NCBI GenBank assembly: GCA_002633005.1
Contig: NMRA01000753.1
Location: 62,001-126,000 of the forward strand
Direction of reading: 5' to 3'
Origin: Phoronis australis
Taxonomy: Eukaryota; Animalia; Phoronida
DNA length: 64,000 nt
A model generated the notes under the pieces. That model worked only from the letters and a program-made list of their open reading frames with translations. It made no database searches and was not told where the DNA came from. The number at the start of each line of letters is the position of its first letter. Position 1 is the first letter of the stretch. Made by a program: the position numbers and the translations under genes. Shown piece after piece: positions 25,406-34,429 of the stretch.

Positions 25406-26456
25406 TTTGCGTGGCGGTGAAGTTCCCCCGTCACGATTAGGGGTGTGGCAGACAATTTGAGTATGATTTACGAGTGGCGGGGCCAAAAAGGAGCGTGGCG
25501 AGCCACCCAGAAGTTTACACGCCCTGTATTAGGGTGGTTCTCTGTCATGAGGGTAGACTACTCTGACACCTGTCCCATTGTTCCTGCTCCCTACATTCTC
25601 CCATCCCCATTATACTCCCCAGGCCCCACGTCCTCCCGCCCCAATGTTCCTCTGGCCCTATGTCCCCCAGCCCTTATGCTCTCTTGGCTGTACCCATATT
25701 TTCGATAATCAAGTCAATTTCTTTCTTTCTAATTAGCCAATCTATTACTGATTAAAGTCGAAGATCGTATGGCTAAAAAACGCCTGAGGATCCTGGCCAA
25801 TCATAAGCATTCTCAAGATGTGATTTTAAATCCAAGACTAATTCCACAAGAGAAAACATACCGGAGTAATTATATTTACTTACATTGCTTGGATCCAAAT
25901 TACGCAAAAATTAAATTAACGAGTAGGGGGAGCACCTAGACGGGTCACATAAGGTTGGGGGAATATCGGGACAGGCAGGGGACATAGGGACAGACAGCAT
26001 CTGTTGGGGTCCAGGGCAAAAACATTGGTTTATTTGCATATTTCTGTGAAGGCTTGGCAAGTAATTACCAACTAAAAAGATGAGTAAAACAATTTTTGAT
26101 GGTGAGCTGATACTGCCGTGATTGTATTAAGCGTTCATCTACATAATGGCGACATGAATAGTTACTGTACATTTATCCTCCACTTTTCTCAGAGATGCAA
26201 TATACGAATTTACAGGAAGATGAAAGTCAACCAATCTTTATGTAATAAGTCAGCATGATCCCCCGATAGGATTTTATTTCCGTCACCAATGCCAGATGAG
26301 CTAACATTTATGTGACAAAATAAAAGGAGGAAAAATCAACAAAATCTAATTTACCAAGATCATAAATATAACATCACCCTGTATAATATATTCCACAATA
26401 GCTTAATAAGGTATCTTTCCTGGTACTAAAATGCAATGAGTTGAATTTGTACTTAC

Positions 26457-26531
26457 TGGGTCATAAATTACTTTAATAATCAAGGAACAGCTAGGACAAG
26501 TGGCCACATCTTCACCATTCTCTAAGTCTTC
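26457..26531 (-). CDS. DPH3: DPH3 coding exon 2 ([25 protein letters not shown])
   Basis: Near-identical to the recalled human DPH3 segment with the CPSCSL zinc-finger half; acceptor TAATTTCAG, donor GTAAGT; 75 nt, phase 0/0. Confidence 0.97.
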
Positions 26532-28255
26532 CTGAAATTAGTTTGAGAAGGGCATCAGAGTAGTTGTGTGCATGAAGAACCACAGAGACAGTGCACTCAG
26601 ATTCAATCTAGAAAATCATTTAATCTAATCATTATCAATATTGAAACCATGCTTGGTGAGTGTAGGTAATCATGTTCATTATAACCTGAACTATTTAGAA
26701 ACTGTAAAAACACAGTGAGTACCACTCCATACAAGAATGTCCACTAAAAATATGAGTGACGACATATTCTGCACTTGTATTTCCAGATTTCCACTCGTAA
26801 AAAGTGATGACAAAAAATGCCAGACATCAGATGGCATCCATACAAGTGAGCCCAATTTTGTACTCGAGATTTTTTACCGTTTCACTCCAATTCAGATCAC
26901 TGGTTGCCAGGAACAATCTTTTTAGTGTCTTCCCCAGTACATTTAACTATGGCTGAGTTGTTCGAATTGACACTTACCAGGTCTAAAGTCTACCAGTCTC
27001 TCATACTACGCAACTAATTTATTCTTCAAAACAATCATTCTTTTCTTGCAGTTTTAAGAGTGAAATCATGGCCTTGTTCACATCTCGAGCTGAAATAACA
27101 GGAGTTCCACATGCGACAAGTTGGGTGACCTATTTTTTCCATACCTAGGGCACATAATCAGTGCCAAAGCAGTTAACTCAAATCACCCAAATATTCCGAC
27201 ACCTAATATTTCATGCACAAATCAGTTAACATTACACACATGACTTTTTTTCTTGAAGTTTGCACTACATCAGTGTCGCGTATCAAGTCATTCATTCTGG
27301 GCATACAATGGCTCGCAGAAGCTTTTGTGACAGGAAATTCTTAAACTGTTTGAACAGTGTGAACAAAAAAATGGAGGGAGTTTGTGCTTAGATTAATGTT
27401 CTTTGCATCTTCAATTACTTTGATGATGTCTGTATGGCAGGCCAGTTCTGGAATTTTGGCACGTATTTTTTCAGTGTATTTTGCGTACTTAAAAGTACAA
27501 ATACACATGTTGGTTAGAGACTGCCGATTTAAATTTCGCATTGGCAACTAGCTTTATGGTACGGGAATTCCTTTGAACTTCAAGTCTGTATACTTCCAAT
27601 TTCAAAAGTCATGGGTGACCAGGGCAACTCACTGGTTCTGAGGTAAAAACCTTACGTTTGTTTAAATTGTAATTATTAAGAGGACACGTGACGTGACTTC
27701 TTGGAACAGGCCGTGGAGGACGCAGGACTAATCACCGCGTGTACAGCCAGACGTCTGGTTGTTGACAGGTGCAACGATCAAACACAAAAAAGCCAAACAT
27801 CGATTTGAAAACACGAGTGAGGTCACTTTCTTACCATTATTATTATACTTTTTCTATTTTCGAGTCTCTACCCTCTAATGTCAAGTCCCGGTGAGGCAAA
27901 CTAAATTAATGCATAATATGTACACAAGGTGATTAGCTAAATTGACGTTGGCACAGATGAGACGAGCACAAACAGAAATTTAAAATGTGCGACACTGTTG
28001 GCACAATGCAGGTTCCACAAAGCTTTGAGATATTCATTTGTTTCAATTTTTACATCAACGTTTGTTGAATACATAACTAGTGGTTATTTTTACATGGCTC
28101 ACACGAGGGGACATGACGTCATGTGGACTGTTCGAAAAAAGTTTGATTACGGGAATATTTTTTAAACTGGCCCTATGGAATGGCCACCATCTCTACTGGG
28201 GCTAGTTAAGATGGTGGTACAGTCTAGGACTCCCTAGTAAGAGTTGAAGCAATAC

Positions 28256-28749
28256 GTAGCCCCTCGGCTGGTTATACAGGGGCTACAATACTCCAGTCAC
28301 TTTCTGTACTTACTAATTCAATTTCGTGTATGTAGGCCAAATATGCTCACCAAATAAGAGGGTTCACCCCATCAAAATACATTTTACACGTAAAATTATC
28401 AATAAAAAATGATTGCTTTCTTCAGAGATCCTTTCTGGTTCTACATGTCTTCAATGAGGCATGCCTACGGGAATTAAGATGACTTTGGCAAAGAATTCCA
28501 ACTCCAAAGGTTCAAAATGTCATAATCTCTCCAAACCTTGTTGCATCGGTTTTCAAACTCGATGCAAGGAAGGCAAACTCGTCATGGCAATATTCAAACT
28601 CGACACAGTGACGAGTTAAAACAGGTTGGGGAGAACACTGATATATGCATGTTTCATTTGATTTTATTGCTCTATTTTGAGATGAATAACTGTTTATGGG
28701 GATGTACTATCGCCCACGTATGCCTACGGAATTACAAAGGGTGATGTAC
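28256..28749 (+). mobile_element. Dispersed repeat family A, copy 3 (internally deleted)
   Basis: Same terminal hairpin GTAGCCCCT...AGGGGCTAC and same distal end GGGGATGTACTATCGCCC..GTATGCCTAC as copy 1; the central part is missing. Confidence 0.75.
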
Positions 28750-29087
28750 ATCAAGTTCTCACCTGTGCCTGTGGTGAGTCTGCAGTGAATGTAATAAAGG
28801 CTGGTAATTAATGCCAGACGGATGCAGCGTGCTCGAATTTTGAGAACCAGTACTGAATAACAGGCATCAAAATAAGGGCATGTTACATCCGATAATTGCC
28901 TAAAGGCCTCTCTTAATCACTCGCCAAGGCAATGGCAATTGATGGGCAATCAGGGCTTGGAATGACCAATGCCAATGGTTCAATGATAAAAAAGAGGAAA
29001 ATTGGCCAGGTGATGTATCGTGCTGCACAACGTTTTAGCATGAATAAAGACAAAATCATGATAAACAGATACAAAAAAAGAGGAAAC

Positions 29088-29871
29088 GGTAATTGTTTAC
29101 AATATGACGACAAAGACTTAGACATATGATTTTGGTATCGTTCGATTCCTCGCAATGTTATCTTTCCAAATATACACAGAAATTTGTCCTACCCCGTTCC
29201 CTTAGTTTTTTCTCGTGAAATTTCTGCTCGCACTATTTCCTGGTACTCGGTAGTAATGCCGCCATGTTGAATGGATAAGGAGTCACCTGGAGGTAAAAAA
29301 CTGAACTAATCTACCGACTTGCAGATCGTTGCTTTTCATAAGTTCAAATTGACCGAGACCCGTCAATCCACTGCCCGAGTTACGTAACCAAGGGTTCGGA
29401 TTCGATCCTATGGTGACCCTGATATACGCATCTGCTAGCAAGAATCTGCCAAAAAAGCGGAGGTTGTTTTTGAGGTCCAGATTTGTGAAAAAAGTATCAC
29501 TTCAGACAATTTCATGGAAAAATGGTCAAATGGTCACAATTCTAGAAAAATGGAAAAGGTAAAATGCTTCTACTTGTGCATCCACAATATTATGTTAGGA
29601 AAACTTTAGCGGGAATCTCGCGCAGGCAAACACCATTCAGAATCAATGATGCAGTTTCATTCAATAACAATATGTGTCACAGTTATCTTGAGTTGAACTA
29701 ACATGGCGGTGTCCACCGGAAAATAGTGCTAACTGAAATTCGACGATAAAATATGAAGGAAACGCGGTAGGGGATCAATTCATATATTTCTGGAAAGGTG
29801 ACGGCATGAGGAATCGAACGATACCAAAATCATATGTGTAAGTTATTGTCGTCATATTGTAAACAATTACC
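29088..29871. mobile_element. 784-bp MITE with long TIRs and 8-bp TSD (Merlin-like termini)
   Basis: About 64 bp near-perfect TIR starting GGTAATTGTTTACAATATGACGACAA, degenerate pairing to ~180 bp; exact TSD GAGGAAAC at 29080-29087 and 29872-29879. Confidence 0.9.
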
Positions 29872-30030
29872 GAGGAAACTATAAATCAAATCAGAGGAAA
29901 TCGAATCCATTGCTCTTTGGTCCACTGGTTAGGACGCCTGGCATTGAACTTGACTGAAACATTAACAACAGGTACCACTACCTGCACTACCAGGTTCGGA
30001 ACTTGCACTAGGTGATTTTTCAGTACACAC

Positions 30031-30138
30031 CTTAGTTATTTCAAATCTGTCACCACACGGGCAAGGGTAGTAGTATGTTTCGCTGTCCTCGTCATATTCC
30101 ATATCTTCAATCTCAATTTCATCGTGGTAAACAGACAT
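30031..30138 (-). CDS. DPH3: DPH3 coding exon 1 ([36 protein letters not shown]), diphthamide biosynthesis protein 3 / KTI11
   Basis: Translation matches the DPH3/KTI11 N-terminus with the YPCPCGD motif; ATG at 30138, donor AAG|GTGTGT; 108 nt. Confidence 0.97.
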
Positions 30139-30149
30139 AATGTCATAAT

Positions 30150-30280
30150 GTTATCTCCGTGCCCTTCGCTCATTCGCATGCCTGGAAGCCGGAAATAACT
30201 GATGTGCCCAGGCAATAATAATATTAAGATAATGAGCTTTAGACTTTACAGTTGCGACCTCTAGTGAATAATGCTGGCAA
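30150..30280 (-). promoter_or_regulatory. Probable DPH3 proximal promoter / 5' UTR
   Basis: Immediately upstream of the ATG; ETS-like CCGGAAA at 30189-30195; no clear TATA box. Position-based inference. Confidence 0.3.
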
Positions 30281-30870
30281 CTAGCAATAAGAGTATTCTC
30301 TGGCGCTTAACTATTTACCAGAAATGATGAGCAATCAAACGAATGAGTTGTTTATTAACATTCCATAGATTTAATTAAAAAATGCATTGTCGCCAACAAC
30401 GCCAATAAAACAATTCATTATTCTAAACTACTTAAATTCCGGGTCTTTCAATAGAATCTTTCATTATGAAGGTGGAGATCAAAATGATAAACGCGCGCTG
30501 CAGCTCATATGAGACAACTGTCACATAACAGTACATGGAGAGACCTCAGGTGGCGAACGCAGAAGCTGCAGCGTCGAAACCTTCTGAGACGAATGTATAC
30601 TAATCATACAAATTCAGCATCAACATCTTGATTATTCAAGGCCTCAAGTTAATAAACAAAATCTTCAAGAATCTTCAAATGCTCTACTTCATGTTCATGA
30701 AAACGAACTGTGGTACCATATACATCATCACTTGTATTGAAGTGCAAGTTTCTGTCAAGTAGTGAAAGCGTGTACCAATTGCAAATAGCGTGAAAATTAA
30801 AGATGAAATAATCCTAAACTAAACCTATAAGTATACAAATATCTTTATATATATGTATGTATGCCAGTAT

Positions 30871-31032
30871 GGTTATACTAATTCGTTTGTTGATAACCAT
30901 GTTAGGTCTTTCATATCTAGGATCGACTCCCATTTTGACTCTGAAACTAGTACTAGAACCACTAAGAACGTGTATTATAAGAACTGTATGTCTAATAATT
31001 ATCTGAGTGGCGAACATGTTAAGAAGATTGTA
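30871..31032 (+). mobile_element. Penelope-like element ORF fragment (post-RT thumb/linker region)
   Basis: GYTNSFVDNHVRSFI...NVYYKNCMSNNYLSGEHVKKIV resembles the recalled NGYxN...LYY(K/R)NxM..Y...E..KKI pattern of PLE ORFs; preceded by a TA/TATG microsatellite. Confidence 0.5.
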
Positions 31033-31539
31033 AGCTTATTGACAACGTTAAGGTGGTCAAACCTGGTGATAGATTGAATGTGATTATTTATTATCAGAAT
31101 ATAAAGTCACGTCACCTTGTCCTGACAAACAACCCCAGTCGTGAAAGACTTCGACCAGTGGCCAAATGTAGGCCTAATGTTGTTTACCAATTCACATGTC
31201 ATATGGACGAATGTCCGTCCTCATACTCGTGAGCAGCGTCACATTGAACACATGGTGTATTCAGTCTCTCTTACGACGGTTGTCCATGCACTTTCAGGGG
31301 GGGGGGGGTCATTCAAGATCATTTTGTATACCAACATGGCCGGGAAATAACTAGACAAGAAATAGTAGACAATACCATCCGCTCGCTGTTGAAAATGACA
31401 CATTTCGGCTAAAGATTTTGGAATCGCTATTGATCGGTCACCAAAAACCTGTGCTGAATGAGCAGCTCACAGGTGTGTACCGCACGCTGACTCTGTTTCG
31501 ATAGGGTTGCGGGTTCCTACCGTGTGTTGCATTCACACT

Positions 31540-31835
31540 CTCAGTCTGCTTATATGCCCCTCTCCCCGCTGTCACGTGTATTTCACTGCTTATTTCGCTC
31601 TGTATATGTTCATTCCACTCATTGCCTGATGATGTGACATGCAGTCACGAAATATTGCTGTGTTTTAATTTTTTTGTTTGTTATGTCTCTCGGTGTTTTA
31701 CTTCATACCTGCACACCCGAAGAAAGGAGACTATTCCGAAATTACGAGCGCACCAGTATCAAGCTTGCAAACAAAAAGTCGAGTCGTGTTTTTACCGAAG
31801 TTTGCATATACGTATGTGTATATACATATTCTTAG
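31540..31835 (+). mobile_element. Penelope-like pseudo-LTR with hammerhead, truncated ORF start and TA-rich tail
   Basis: Hammerhead at 31624-31658, then ATG 31683 MSLGVLLHTCTPEERRLFRNYERTSIKLANKKSSRVFTEVCI running into ATATACGTATGTGTATATACATAT; layout as recalled for PLE pLTRs. Confidence 0.6.
31624..31658 (+). ncRNA. Minimal type I hammerhead ribozyme motif
   Basis: CTGATGA (31626-31632), T, perfect stem II GTGAC/GTCAC with 5-nt loop, GAAA, palindromic AATATT in place of stem III; stem I is only GC/GC plus weak extension. Confidence 0.7.
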
Positions 31836-33956
31836 TAAGTTGTTTGACGAAAAAATAGCAGTTTATGATTTTACTCCAGTGTAATTTAGAAGGAACAAAA
31901 ATATCGTATTACTCTCATGATATGCCAAGGAATCAACGTTACTGGTCTTTGGTTTACAGTGTTTGGATCTATTCGCAGCGTGATACATCGTTGAGCAGTT
32001 GTCGACCTGCCTATTGACAGACTTTGCTAAGGGGCCTCCAAACGCCCGTTAAATCTTCGGACGAACAATGAGAACAATAGATGGCTCTGTAATCTACTGT
32101 TGTTTGGCGGGGGTGAAAGGATTATTATCGCATTATTAACCTCATGGAAACGCTCCACTTGCGGAATACAAATGTTCAACTAACTGTTTCTGTCTAGGTA
32201 CCTCGATGATTGACTCTACTAACTATTGACGAGCCTTACCAACGACATTATTCGTTCCTTTAATCACTGGGCGTCATTTCATAGCATTGTGTGAAACTTC
32301 TATTTTCATTATGCTCTTGTGTGGCGAGGAAGCGAGTTGTTTATGATATACTATGGATGATAGTCGGTTACAGTTAGTATTCAAGTGTATTCTCAGGTCA
32401 ATGAAAGACTAGAAAGATGCATTGCCGACCCGCAGTCCTCATAATAATTCCACCAATTGTTGCCCCGCAAGTATGTGACCAGCTGCGCCTCATTACCCGT
32501 TTATCTAAAATGATAATGAAAATTATGCGCCAACAAGTTAATTTGATATGCAACTGGTGTCAAATCGTAATTTGCTACTGTAATAGTAACCATGGTAACA
32601 CATTGCTTGCACTCATAATGATGTTGTTTCCCTGTTGTTTGTAAACGTTGTATCCTTGTTTTAACGGAGAAAATGAAAGAGATACATCAAAGCTTTATAT
32701 AATATATATGAAGTTTAATGCAATGGTGGTCCGTCTTCATGTTTCACACACACGTGCACGTAATTTGTGGGATGCTTCATAATAGTCGTAGTCTGCTCGG
32801 TAAACTAGTAAATACACTACTCGGAATAGTAGAACGTAGTGGTCTTACGTATGCGCATGAACTGGACCACAGTCCGCATCACGGAGTTTCTGATGAAAAA
32901 GAAAATGGCTTCTGCAGTGTCGCAACAGAAAAGGGTTAAGAGTGCATCGGGAAGCTGCACTGTTATCTTGAGATAGGGATCATTCCGCCCTCCGTAATAT
33001 CTGGGGCTTGATTCACGTATCTTATCTATCCCCATGTGATTGCAATTTACTATTCACCATCTCTTTATTGCCGACGATACACACACAGAGGTTAGTTGTA
33101 ACAAACTCTCTGTTATTGTGAATGTTTTCAAATAGATGCAAAGTTGAATACAGTGAACTAGGATTTTCTCCGTTTGGTACTTACCTACACTTATTTAGCA
33201 TATAATATGACCGGCAAATTTTTTCACGGATTTCTCGACAAAAAGAAAGATTGAAGAATTTTGGTCAATTGTTATCGTAATTTGCACGGTGTATATGTCA
33301 TAAAACAAAGTTCGATATAGTTCACATTATTTGCAGTTAAGTAGCCAGTCCTTGACATTTGGGAAAATAACAATTTTGGTAATAATTTCTTGTGAAATAA
33401 GTGGAGACTTACCGTGTATCAGCGTTTTATCAGCGTTTCAGAACATGTGTCAAAACAATTAATGTTAGATTTTGATTGGAGACTCACAACAAGTGCTGAA
33501 ATGCTATCGAATCTACGTGTGAAGTTTAGAGATTACCTGAAATGTTTATTGGCATTTCTGACTAAAAACTTGACGAACAAAGGTGGCTATTTGCTTGTTC
33601 TATCAGAATAGTCTTAACCACGACTTTGAAAAAGAAATCGCCATTTGGCGTTATCAGGAATTGTTAAGGTTTCTCAAATCTGACTGCTGAGGCTAATTCA
33701 AATAGAAATTGAGATAAAGGAATAAAGAACCGCATTGACACGACATTAAAAAGTGGAAATAAATACTACGGTCAACTATTCAATCCCGGATAAGTTAAAA
33801 CTCTGTATAACTACGGTCGATTTTAAGATCAGACGCTGCGAAATCGTGCGTGCTTTTAAACCGAGCAGTTTCCTTGTTGACTGACTGTAGTCTCGGACTT
33901 TAGGTCAGAGTGAGACATTGTGAACTAAATGCTGCATCCTTGTCTTGTTCACCTAG

Positions 33957-34429
33957 GACAGTAGCGAGCGTCTATCAGAGTCAGCCTGCTGCGGACAGTA
34001 GCGACGAATGTGATGAATGGGGGGCACTTGACCATAACAGAGGTGAAAAGTGGTCGGACATAGTAAGGCGCCTTCCTATTGGTGGAGAGCTTTGTCACCG
34101 TAGGGCCATTCATTTGGATCAGTCGGCATTCAACGAACCAGATACGTGCATTTCACTGATACGCTTTCCTAGCGTGCAGACGTGTTGCGGACTAAAAAAG
34201 AAAATCCATGGTGCGGATTCCCAATGGATTTCCCGATTTCTGGATCACGAAGGATTTGAGATTTTGCTGGAAACTCTAACAGCGCTATGTGATAAAGGCT
34301 CGGCAACAAAATTCGCAGATGTGATTATTCTTCTGGAGTGTGTCGGGTGCATAAAGGCCGTCATGAATTCTCAACAAGGCCTTGATTATATCATTGAAAA
34401 CAAGGACTTTACTCGGAGCATGGTAACAG
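33957..34429 (+). CDS. INF2: INF2-like inverted formin, first conserved exon (GBD/DID N-terminal part)
   Basis: EPDTCISLIRFPSVQTCCGLKKKIHGADSQWISRFLDHEGFEILLETL...CVGCIKAVMNSQQGLDYII aligns with the recalled INF2 [24 protein letters not shown]...CVSCVRAVMNSRQGIEYIL; acceptor CACCTAG, donor G|GTGGGT (phase 1). The 5' boundary is less certain. Confidence 0.92.

Larger units (their letters stand above)
23855..25526. mobile_element. Probable hAT-type non-autonomous element (CAG...CTG ends) flanked by an 81-bp direct repeat
   Basis: Ends CAGTGTTTCAACT / AGTTTACACGCCCTG pair only loosely; motif AAAGGAGCGTGG recurs near both ends; flanking direct repeats 23770-23850 and 25527-25607. Confidence 0.45.

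Noticed and set aside
34013-34030. ATGAATGGGGGG could start the formin (MNGGALDHNRGEKW) if one more G were present in the 6-G run
   Set aside because: Needs an assembly error; the frame is already open from the acceptor at 33957 and a phase-compatible upstream exon exists. Raw reads would settle it.
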